This document shows, one piece after another, positions 1-7,220 of a DNA stretch of 14,852 nt (within the stretch, counting starts at the first letter, position 1; each line of letters opens with the position of its first letter). The stretch lies in assembly GCA_027064305.1 (NCBI GenBank), contig JAMOPY010000029.1, forward strand, positions 1 to 14,852, given 5' to 3'. A program made the position numbers and the translations under genes. Source of the stretch: Methanobacteriota archaeon. GTDB lineage: Archaea; JAADCQ01; Methanopyri; Methanopyrales; Methanopyraceae. The notes beneath the pieces are model-generated. The model searched no databases. It saw only the letters and a list, made by a program, of their open reading frames with translations, and was not told the DNA's origin.

Positions 1-50
1 GGGTCGCTATCATAAGGTCACCGCGGCGGTCTACCCTCGGGGGAGCCCGG

Positions 51-1685
51 ATGCCCTTCGACAGGGAGCGGCTGGAGGAGCTTCGATCGCTGGCGCGGGA
101 GGACTTCGATCGGGCGTGGAAGGAGGGGGCGAAGCTGGTTCGGAGGCCGGGGCTGGAGGATCGGTATCCGCGGCTCAGGGTGGAGGCGGGCGAGCCGCAC
201 CCGCTCTTTGAGACGATCCAGCGGCTGCGGGAGGCGTACCTGCGGGCGGGGTTCAGGGAGGTTGTGAACCCGGTGATCATCCCGGAGGAGGACGTGTACA
301 GGCAGTTCGGGCCGGAGGCGGCGGCCGTGCTGGACCGGTGCTTTTACCTGGCGGGCCTCCCGCGCCCGGACGTGGGGTTGGGCGAGGACAAGGTGGAGCG
401 GCTGGCGGAGGTGCTGGGTCGGGAGCCGTCGGAGGAGGAGGTGGAGCGGCTGCGGGAGACGCTGCACGAGTACAAGAAGGGCAGGCTGGACGGGGACGAG
501 CTGACGCACGCGATCGCGGAGGCGCTGGGCGTGGACGACGGGACGGCGGTGCGGGTGCTGGAGGAGGTGTTCCCGGAGTTTCGGAGGTTGCGGCCGGAGC
601 CGTTGGACCCGCCGCTGACGCTGCGGTCGCACATGACGGCGGGCTGGTTCATCACGCTCTCGGAGCTTCTGAAGCGGGAGGAGCCGCCGCTGAGGCTGTT
701 CTCGATCGATCGGTGCTTCCGGCGGGAGCAGCGGGAGGATGAGAGTCATCTGTACTCCTACTTCTCCGCCTCGTGCGTGGTGGTGGGAGACGACGTGACG
801 GTGGACACGGGGAAGGCGGTGGCGGAGGCGATCCTGCGGCAGTTCGGGTTCGAGGATTTCGAGTTCGTGCCGGACGAGAAGATGTCGAAGTACTACGTGC
901 CGGGCACGCAGACGGAGGTGTACGCGTACCATCCGGACCTGGAGGATTCGGTGGAGGACGAGGAGCTGGGCCCGGGCTGGGTGGAGATCGCCACGTTCGG
1001 GCTGTACTCGCCGGTCGCGCTGGCGGAGTACGGGATCGAGTACCCGGTGATGAACCTGGGGATCGGGGTCGAGCGGCTCTGCATGGTGCTGTACGGGGTC
1101 GAGGACGTGCGGGCGCTGGCGTACGTGGAGCACGAGCCGTGGGAGCCGTCGGACCTGGAGCTGGCGCGGATGATCGACTACGAGGTGAAGCCGGCGACGT
1201 CGTTCGGGGAGCGGTTGGTGCGGGCGGTCGTGCGCGGGCTGCGGGAGCACGCGGACGAGGAGGGTCCGGTGGAGGTGACGCTGTTCGAGGGGGAGTTCGG
1301 CGGGCTGGAGGTGACCGTGCGGGCGGTGGAGCGGGAGGAGGGGGAGCCGCTGGCGGGGCCGGCGGCGTTCAACCGGGTGTACGTGCGGGACGGGAGCGTG
1401 TACGCGGTCCCGCCGGAGGGCGAGTTCGGGCGGGAGATCCGGGAGGAGGGGGTGGACGCGGGCGTCTCGTTCGACGAGGGGCTCGCGGCGCGGCTGGCCT
1501 ACGAGGTGGAGGAGCTGCTGGCGTCGGGGGGCGGTGAGACGACGGTCCGGGCGAGGAAGGTCTCGCGTCCCTCGCAGGTGAACATCCGGCTGTCCGATCG
1601 GCTGCTGCGGTACGTCACGGAGAGGGGGAGGGAGATCGAGGTGAAGGGCCCGGTGTTCGTGACCCTGGAGGCGGAGGTCGGGTGA
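51..1685 (+). CDS. sepS: O-phosphoseryl-tRNA(Cys) synthetase (SepRS)
   Basis: 544 aa class II aaRS with SepRS-typical motifs: HPLFETIQRLREAYL, QFGPEAAAVLDRCFYLAGLPRPDVG, TLRSHMTAGWF, FSIDRCFRREQREDESHL, WVEIATFGLYSP, VMNLGIGVERL. GGGGGAG RBS upstream of the ATG. Confidence 0.96.
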   Translation: MPFDRERLEELRSLAREDFDRAWKEGAKLVRRPGLEDRYPRLRVEAGEPHPLFETIQRLREAYLRAGFREVVNPVIIPEEDVYRQFGPEAAAVLDRCFYLAGLPRPDVGLGEDKVERLAEVLGREPSEEEVERLRETLHEYKKGRLDGDELTHAIAEALGVDDGTAVRVLEEVFPEFRRLRPEPLDPPLTLRSHMTAGWFITLSELLKREEPPLRLFSIDRCFRREQREDESHLYSYFSASCVVVGDDVTVDTGKAVAEAILRQFGFEDFEFVPDEKMSKYYVPGTQTEVYAYHPDLEDSVEDEELGPGWVEIATFGLYSPVALAEYGIEYPVMNLGIGVERLCMVLYGVEDVRALAYVEHEPWEPSDLELARMIDYEVKPATSFGERLVRAVVRGLREHADEEGPVEVTLFEGEFGGLEVTVRAVEREEGEPLAGPAAFNRVYVRDGSVYAVPPEGEFGREIREEGVDAGVSFDEGLAARLAYEVEELLASGGGETTVRARKVSRPSQVNIRLSDRLLRYVTERGREIEVKGPVFVTLEAEVG

Positions 1686-1742
1686 CTGGGTCCCTCCTCA
1701 TCGTCCGGCTCGGCAATCCGCCGTACTCCTCATCCCCGACCG
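1674..1742 (-). ncRNA. Putative archaeal C/D box 2'-O-methylation guide sRNA
   Basis: Minus strand reads GGGG-AUGAGGA (C, 1733-1727)-GUACGGCGGAUUG (13 nt guide)-CCGA (D', 1713-1710)-GCCGGACG-AUGAGGA (C', 1701-1695)-GGGACCCAGUCAC (13 nt guide)-CCGA (D, 1681-1678)-CCUCC. Box order, symmetrical spacing and the short terminal stem fit archaeal C/D sRNAs. The boxes are one-mismatch variants of RUGAUGA and CUGA. Ends are approximate. Confidence 0.8.
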
Positions 1743-1761
1743 CCGGGACCCTCGGGAAGAG

Positions 1762-1776
1762 TTCAACGTTATAATC
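1762..1776. promoter_or_regulatory. Archaeal TATA box (palindromic TTATAA), possibly bidirectional
   Basis: TTATAA at 1769-1774 is the AT-rich element of the largest intergenic gap. It lies about 36 nt upstream of the GTG at 1811 (GGAGGGGG RBS at 1796-1803) and about 27 nt upstream of the predicted sRNA 5' end on the other strand. Confidence 0.65.
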
Positions 1777-1810
1777 GTCGGATCCTCTACGGTACGGAGG
1801 GGGAACCGCG

Positions 1811-2572
1811 GTGACCGACGCCGGGGTGCGACCGTTCCACGTGTACGTGCGGATCGCGGTGGAGCTGTTCCTGGCCTCCACGATCCTCGGGATCGCCCTA
1901 TACTTGGTCTTCCCGGAGATTCCGAAGCTGATCGTCGCCGCCGTGAAGCACCGGGTGGAGCGGTTGGCGGCCGTGCTCCCGTTCGGAAGGGAGCGGATCA
2001 CCGTCGCGATCCTGATCTGGAACTCGGTGGTCGTGCTGCTGTGCGTGTTCGGCGGCGTCCTGGCCCTCCTGATCGACCGGACGATCCTGTCGATCGTCCC
2101 CTCCCGACTGCGGCACCGGTTGGAACGGCCCCCGTACGCGGACGCCCTGATCCGACTGGCCCGGTGGATGGGATACGAGGTGAGCCGATACCGGGAGGCG
2201 GACGTGATTCTGACCCTCCGGTTGGGCCCCCTCGTGGTGCCCTTCATCAACGGGGTGGCGGCGGGCTCCTTCTTCGCCTCGGTGGCGGACAAGTTCGGCG
2301 TGCACCGGATGATCAAGCTGCTCCTGCTTCCCCACGGGTTGATCGAGCTCCCGACGGTGATCGCGGCCGCGGCGCTGGGACTGTACCTGGCGGACCACCT
2401 CATCCACCGCGAGCGGGTGCACCGGCGGTGGCCCGACGCGAGCCTTCGGCCCCCGAGCTGGGTGGTGCGCAGCGTCTCCTACTGCCTCTTCGCGCTGACC
2501 GCGGCCGCGTACCTGGAGGTGCACGTGTCGCCCAAGCTGCTGGCGGGGAGCGCCGGATGCGTCTTACGGTGA
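1811..2572 (+). CDS. SpoIIM/DUF95-family integral membrane protein
   Basis: Several hydrophobic segments. Motifs ILIWN, FING, LLLPHGLIELP..IAAAALG and C-terminal AAYLEVHVSP match the stage II sporulation protein M family. Strong RBS. Confidence 0.8.
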   Translation: MTDAGVRPFHVYVRIAVELFLASTILGIALYLVFPEIPKLIVAAVKHRVERLAAVLPFGRERITVAILIWNSVVVLLCVFGGVLALLIDRTILSIVPSRLRHRLERPPYADALIRLARWMGYEVSRYREADVILTLRLGPLVVPFINGVAAGSFFASVADKFGVHRMIKLLLLPHGLIELPTVIAAAALGLYLADHLIHRERVHRRWPDASLRPPSWVVRSVSYCLFALTAAAYLEVHVSPKLLAGSAGCVLR

Positions 2573-3969
2573 GGGAGCTGGACGTGGACGCGGCGCCGGA
2601 CGAGCTGTACGCGGCCCTGCGCACCCTCTCCTCGCACACGTTCCTGTTCGAGTCGGCGGAGGTGGGGGAGAGCGGCCGGTACTCCTTCGTCGGCTTCGCT
2701 CCCGCCCTGCGGATCGCGTGCTCGGGCGACCGGGTGCACGTGGACGTCTGGGACCCCGAGTACGACCTGGTGGACCGGGATCGGAAGCGGTCGGACGAGG
2801 ACTACTTTCAGCTGATGCGCCGCCTGTTCTCCGGGCTCCCGGAGGTGGAGGGCTCGGGGTTCGTGGGCGGGCTGGTGGGGTACATATCGTACGACGTGGT
2901 GGAGGACTGGCTGGACGTGCGGCCGACGACGGTGCCGGACCCTCGGTGGCCCGAGTTCGAGCTGTGCCTGTACGACTCCGTCGTCCGGTACGATCACGTT
3001 GAGGATCGCGTGGAGCTGGTCTCCGTGCACCCGGACGGGTACGAGGTCGAGTGGCGGGCGGAGGCGATCGAGGAGTGCGCCCGGGACGCGACGGGGTCGG
3101 CGGCCCCCCGGGTGTACCGGGCCGGTCCCGTGCGCCGGGACGTGGGGCGGGAGGAGTTCGAGGAGATGGTCGAGCGCGCCCGGGATTACATCGTCTCGGG
3201 CGACATCTTCCAGGTCGTGCTCTCCCGGCGCGTGGAGGTGCGGGCCGCGGCCGACCCGCTCGAGGTGTACCGGAGGCTGCGGAAGATCAACCCGTCACCG
3301 TACATGTACTGCCTGGAGTTCGGCGAGCGCCGGATCGTGGGCTCCAGCCCCGAGACGCTGGTCAAGCTGGAGGGCGATCGGATCGTCACGAAGCCCATCG
3401 CGGGCACCCGACCCCGGGGCGAGACGCCGGAGGAGGACGAGCGGTTGGCCCGGGAGATGCTAGAGGACGAGAAGGAGCGGGCCGAGCACGCCATGCTCGT
3501 GGACCTGGCCCGGAACGACGTGGGCAAGGTCTCGCGCCCGGGCACCGTTCGCGTGACCCGGCTCATGGAGGTGGAGCGGTACAGCCACGTGCAGCACATC
3601 GTGTCCGAGGTGGAGGGGGAGCGGCGCCCCGGGGTCACCCCGTGGGACGTGCTCCGGGCGACCTTCCCGGCGGGCACGGTCTCGGGCGCGCCGAAGGTGC
3701 GGGCGATGGAGATCATCGACGAGCTCGAGGTGTACAAGCGGGGCCCGTACGCGGGTGGGGTGGGGTACGTCAGCTGGACGGGCGACCTGGACTTCGCGAT
3801 CTCCATCCGCACGATCTTCTCCACGGGTCGGCGCTGGTTCACGCAGGCCGGCGCGGGGATCGTGTACGACTCCGTGCCCGAGCGGGAGTGGCGCGAGACG
3901 GAGGACAAGATGCGGGCGATGGTGGGGGCCATCCTTGAGGAGGCTGGTGCTGATCAACAACAAGGATAG
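2557..3969 (+). CDS. trpE: Anthranilate synthase component I
   Basis: True start is probably the ATG at 2557 (MRLTVRE..., GGGGAG RBS) within ORF 2041..3969. Motifs FLFES, GGLVGYISYD, GDIFQVVLS, NPSPYM, GSSPE, PIAGTRPRG, EHAMLVDLARND, FPAGTVSGAPK, QAGAGIV. PIAGT rather than PIKGT argues for TrpE over PabB. Confidence 0.92.
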   Translation: MRLTVRELDVDAAPDELYAALRTLSSHTFLFESAEVGESGRYSFVGFAPALRIACSGDRVHVDVWDPEYDLVDRDRKRSDEDYFQLMRRLFSGLPEVEGSGFVGGLVGYISYDVVEDWLDVRPTTVPDPRWPEFELCLYDSVVRYDHVEDRVELVSVHPDGYEVEWRAEAIEECARDATGSAAPRVYRAGPVRRDVGREEFEEMVERARDYIVSGDIFQVVLSRRVEVRAAADPLEVYRRLRKINPSPYMYCLEFGERRIVGSSPETLVKLEGDRIVTKPIAGTRPRGETPEEDERLAREMLEDEKERAEHAMLVDLARNDVGKVSRPGTVRVTRLMEVERYSHVQHIVSEVEGERRPGVTPWDVLRATFPAGTVSGAPKVRAMEIIDELEVYKRGPYAGGVGYVSWTGDLDFAISIRTIFSTGRRWFTQAGAGIVYDSVPEREWRETEDKMRAMVGAILEEAGADQQQG

Positions 3970-4516
3970 CTTCGTGTACAACCTGTACCACCTCTTCGCG
4001 CCCCTGGAGGGCGTGGAGCTGCGCGTCGTCTCCAACCGGGCGCCCCTCTCCCGGCTCGAGCGGTTGGACCCGGACGGGCTCGTGATCAGCCCCGGTCCCG
4101 GGCACCCGGAGCGGGACGCGGGCGTGTCGATCCCCGCCATCCGCCGCTTCGCGGGGGAGATCCCCATCCTCGGGGTCTGCCTGGGCCACCAGTGCATCGG
4201 GGTCGCGTACGGGGCCCGGGTCCGGCGCGCCCGCCGCATCGTGCACGGGAAGACCTCGCCGATCGAGCACACGGGCGAGGGCGTGCTCTCCGGCCTGGAG
4301 AACCCGTTCGAGGCCATGCGGTACCACTCGCTGGTCCTGGAGGAGTCCAGCCTCCCGGACGAGCTCGAGGCCTGCGCGTGGGCCGGGGACGACGGGGAGC
4401 TGATGGCCATCCGGCACGTCGATCACGACGTGTTCGGCCTGCAGTTTCACCCTGAAAGCTTCATGACGGAAGGCGGGGACGTCATCGCCCGGAACTTCCT
4501 GGAGCTGGTGGGGTGA
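3935..4516 (+). CDS. trpG: Anthranilate synthase component II (class I glutamine amidotransferase)
   Basis: INNKDSFVYNL, ISPGPGHP, LGVCLGHQ (catalytic Cys), RYHSL, LQFHPES. Start probably TTG 3935 (alternative GTG 3947), overlapping the end of trpE. Confidence 0.92.
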   Translation: MRRLVLINNKDSFVYNLYHLFAPLEGVELRVVSNRAPLSRLERLDPDGLVISPGPGHPERDAGVSIPAIRRFAGEIPILGVCLGHQCIGVAYGARVRRARRIVHGKTSPIEHTGEGVLSGLENPFEAMRYHSLVLEESSLPDELEACAWAGDDGELMAIRHVDHDVFGLQFHPESFMTEGGDVIARNFLELVG

Positions 4517-5250
4517 GGCGCGTGGCGGACCTGGACCCGGAGGAGCTCATCCGATACATCTCCGAGAGCCCCAAGCGGACCATCGCCCGGTTCTACATCA
4601 AGACGGACAATCCCGAGGGGCTCGCGGAGCGCCTCGAGGAGCGGGTCGAGGGCGTGAAGGTGTTCACGGGCGTCGACCACGTGGTCGCGGTCGGGGAGCA
4701 CGACGAGATCCTCGAGGTAATCGAGGGCGACGACTCGGTGGAGTACTACCACCGGGAGCTGGACCACCGGAACCGGGCGGTCCCGCTCGCGGACTACGCC
4801 GAGTTCAAGGACGCGCGGATCGAGCCGGGCGCGATCATCCGGGACAAGGTGGAGCTGGGTAAGGGCGTGGTCGTGATGATGGGCGCCGTGATCAACATCG
4901 GCGCGAAGATCGGGGACAACACGATGATCGACATGAACGCGGTCATCGGGTCCCGCGCGGAGATCGGGCGGAACGTGCACATCGGGGCGGGCGCGGTCAT
5001 CGCGGGCGTCCTGGAGCCGCCGAGCGCCAAGCCCGTCGTGATCGAGGACAACGTCGTGGTGGGCGCGAACGCCGTCGTGCTGGAGGGCGTGACCGTGGGC
5101 GAGGGGGCGGTCGTGGCGGCCGGGGCCGTGGTGACCGAGGACGTGCCGCCCGGCAAGGTCGTGGCCGGCGTGCCGGCGAGGGTGGTCAAGGACGTGGACG
5201 AGCGGACGGAGGCGAAGACGCAGATCGTGGACGCGCTCCGCCGCCTCTGA
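4513..5250 (+). CDS. dapH: Tetrahydrodipicolinate N-acetyltransferase (DapH / DapD-like)
   Basis: N-terminal DPEELIRYISESPKRT resembles the DapH N-domain. Also RNRAVPLAD, ARIEPGAIIRD, hexapeptide repeats and AGVLEPPSAKPV. GTGA overlap with trpG and adjacent to dapF. Confidence 0.9.
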   Translation: MRRVADLDPEELIRYISESPKRTIARFYIKTDNPEGLAERLEERVEGVKVFTGVDHVVAVGEHDEILEVIEGDDSVEYYHRELDHRNRAVPLADYAEFKDARIEPGAIIRDKVELGKGVVVMMGAVINIGAKIGDNTMIDMNAVIGSRAEIGRNVHIGAGAVIAGVLEPPSAKPVVIEDNVVVGANAVVLEGVTVGEGAVVAAGAVVTEDVPPGKVVAGVPARVVKDVDERTEAKTQIVDALRRL

Positions 5251-5289
5251 CCGCGGTTCGGGGGGGCTTCCCCCTCGCGGTTCTGGAAG

Positions 5290-6060
5290 GTGCAGGGGGC
5301 CCTCAACGACTTCGTGCTCGTGGACGAGACGGACGGGGAGCGGGTCCCGGAGGGGGAGAAACCCGCGTTCGCCCGCTGGGCCTGCGACCGCCGGGCGGGC
5401 GTGGGCGCCGACGGCGTGATCTTCGTCCGCGTGCGGTCGTCCGAGGTGGAGATGAGGATCTTCAACCGGGACGGGTCCGAGGCCGAGTTCTGCGGGAACG
5501 CGGCCCGGTGCGCGGCCCGGTACGCGACGGACGTGCGCGGCGAGAACGTTAAGGCTCTAAGAACGTTATCGGGCCGTCACGCCGTGGAGGTCCTCGACGA
5601 CCGGGTGCGGGTGGAGGTGCCCGGCGCCCGGGTGAGGGACGCGACGGAGCTGGGCTTCGAGGTCGACGCCGGCGTGCCCCACCTCGTCCGCCTCACCGAG
5701 CGGGACCCCGTGCGCGAGGCCCGCCGACTCACCCGGGAGGCCCGCGAGATCCAGCGCCGGTACGCGGAGCGCGGCGGCGTGAACGTGACCTTCGCGGCCC
5801 CGGCCGGGGACGCCCTGCGCGTGCGTACGTACGAGCGTGGGGTCGGCTGGACCCCCGCGTGCGGCTCCGGCGTGGTCGCGGCCGCGCTCGTGTACGCCGA
5901 CCTGTTCGGGGCGGACGGGCCCGTGCGGGTGAGCACCGCGGGCGGCCCGCTGAAGGTCCTGCTCGACGACGGCCCGCTCCTGGAGGGACCGGCGGAGATC
6001 GTGTACGAGGGTCGGGTAAAGGGGGCGCCCTGGCGTGAGGATCCTGATCACCAACGATGA
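5290..6060 (+). CDS. dapF: Diaminopimelate epimerase (start uncertain; homology extends upstream to about 5278)
   Basis: FWKVQGALNDF N-terminal motif, GVGADG, IFNRDGSEAEFCGNAARC and RTYERGVGWTPACGSG (both catalytic Cys), C-terminal LEGPAEIVYEG. Confidence 0.9.
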   Translation: MQGALNDFVLVDETDGERVPEGEKPAFARWACDRRAGVGADGVIFVRVRSSEVEMRIFNRDGSEAEFCGNAARCAARYATDVRGENVKALRTLSGRHAVEVLDDRVRVEVPGARVRDATELGFEVDAGVPHLVRLTERDPVREARRLTREAREIQRRYAERGGVNVTFAAPAGDALRVRTYERGVGWTPACGSGVVAAALVYADLFGADGPVRVSTAGGPLKVLLDDGPLLEGPAEIVYEGRVKGAPWREDPDHQR

Positions 6061-6826
6061 CGGGATCGCCTCGCCAGGGCTGCGGGAGGCCATCCGCGTC
6101 TGCAAGGAGTTCGGCGAGGTGACGGTGGTCGCCCCGGCGACCCAGCAGAGCGGGGTGGGACGTAGCATCTCCCTGCTGGAGCCCGTGCGGGCGGAGGAGA
6201 TGCGGATCGAAGGGGTGGAGGCGCTGGCCATCTCCGGGACGCCGGCGGACGCCGTGCTGATCGGGGCCTTCTCCCTCATGGACGAGCCACCCAACCTCGT
6301 CGTCTCCGGGATCAACCTGGGGGAGAACCTCAGCGCCGACATCACCACGTCCGGCACGGTCGGCGCGGCGCTGGAGGCGTACGGTAACGGCATCCCCGCC
6401 ATCGCCATCTCCCAGGAGGTCCGGAGCCCCAGGGCCCGGATGGACAACAACCCGGACGACGAGGAGGTGGACTTCACCCTGGCCGCCCGGGTGCTTCGAG
6501 GCCTGCTGCGCGTCCTCTCCGACGTCGACTGGCGGGGCGTCCTGAACGTGAACGTGCCGAGCCCGGAGCGGTGGAACGGCCGCGTGACCGCCGCCCCGCT
6601 GGCCTTCACCATGTACCGGCCCAGGATCGAGGAGCGGCACGATCCCCGCGGTCGCCGGTACTACTGGATCGACGGCGACGTGATCGAGGACCCGCCCAAG
6701 GGCACGGACCTCTACGAGCTGCGGCGCGGGTCGATCGTGATCACCCCGCTGACCGTCGACATCACCGGCGACCTGAAGTCGGCGGAAAAGGTTATCAAAG
6801 CGCTGAGCCGCGAGCTCCGGGGATAA
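6035..6826 (+). CDS. surE: 5'/3'-nucleotidase SurE
   Basis: ILITNDDGI, VVAPATQQSGVG, GTPADAV, VVSGINLGEN, SGTVGAA, LNVNVP, DPRGRRYYWI. Confidence 0.96.
   Translation: MRILITNDDGIASPGLREAIRVCKEFGEVTVVAPATQQSGVGRSISLLEPVRAEEMRIEGVEALAISGTPADAVLIGAFSLMDEPPNLVVSGINLGENLSADITTSGTVGAALEAYGNGIPAIAISQEVRSPRARMDNNPDDEEVDFTLAARVLRGLLRVLSDVDWRGVLNVNVPSPERWNGRVTAAPLAFTMYRPRIEERHDPRGRRYYWIDGDVIEDPPKGTDLYELRRGSIVITPLTVDITGDLKSAEKVIKALSRELRG
6785..6799 (+). promoter_or_regulatory. Putative BRE+TATA promoter embedded in the surE 3' end
   Basis: GAAAAG-G-TTATCAAA, an AT-rich island about 32-45 nt upstream of the GTG at 6831, which lacks a strong RBS. Confidence 0.45.
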
Positions 6827-6830
6827 TCCG

Positions 6831-7220
6831 GTGAACCTCCTCCCGATCCTGGCGCAACCGACCGTCCTCGTCGCCCTCTCCGGGTGCGTCACGGCCGTCA
6901 TCGTCGCCGCGATCGCGGCCCGGGTTTACTCCCGGAAGCTGCGCGTCCGGGAGCTCGAGCTGAAGGTGGAGCGGGAGAAGGTGGAGCTGGTCCGGGCCGA
7001 CCTGGAGCGTCGCCGGCTGCTGGATTTACTCTTCTACCTGCCCGAGGACACCCGGCTCCTCAACCGCGTGAGCGCGATCCGCTCCCTCCTCACGAGCCTC
7101 GCGGAAAAGTATATGGACGTCGAAACGCGCATGACGCGGCTGGAGCTTGAGGCCGAGCTCAAGCGGTTGGAGGAGCTCTCCAAGAGCCTTGAAAAGCTGG
7201 AGGAGGAAGGTGGTGAGTGA
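6831..7220 (+). CDS. Hypothetical protein, N-terminal transmembrane helix + coiled coil
   Basis: Hydrophobic N-terminus (VLVALSGCVTAVIVAAIAA) followed by E/L/R-rich heptads. Sits exactly between surE and the next gene with typical codon usage. Confidence 0.75.
   Translation: MNLLPILAQPTVLVALSGCVTAVIVAAIAARVYSRKLRVRELELKVEREKVELVRADLERRRLLDLLFYLPEDTRLLNRVSAIRSLLTSLAEKYMDVETRMTRLELEAELKRLEELSKSLEKLEEEGGE

Noticed and set aside
51-1685. Strong G-richness of sepS (GGG/CGG/GCG/GTG codons) as a sign of foreign origin or G-quadruplexes
   Set aside because: Minus-strand genes show similar G-richness on their coding strands, and sepS is a core methanogen gene. Not quantifiable without computation.
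1692-1734. Direct repeat CTCCTCATC as a mini-CRISPR or operator
   Set aside because: Only two 9 nt copies, better explained as the C and C' boxes of a minus-strand sRNA.
2041-2556. N-terminal extension of the trpE ORF
   Set aside because: It overlaps the SpoIIM-like gene in another frame. TrpE homology and an RBS begin at ATG 2557.
2557-4516. Possible pabB/pabA (pABA for methanopterin) instead of trpE/trpG
   Set aside because: PIAGT and NPSPYM are TrpE-type, and the PabB catalytic Lys motif PIKGT is absent.
5248-5280. Selenocysteine insertion at the dapH UGA with a SECIS
   Set aside because: The UGA falls at the natural DapH C-terminus, not at a Cys-homologous catalytic site. Archaeal SECIS elements are usually in UTRs with a GAA/A internal loop, which this hairpin lacks. 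Generic read-through is kept as a finding.
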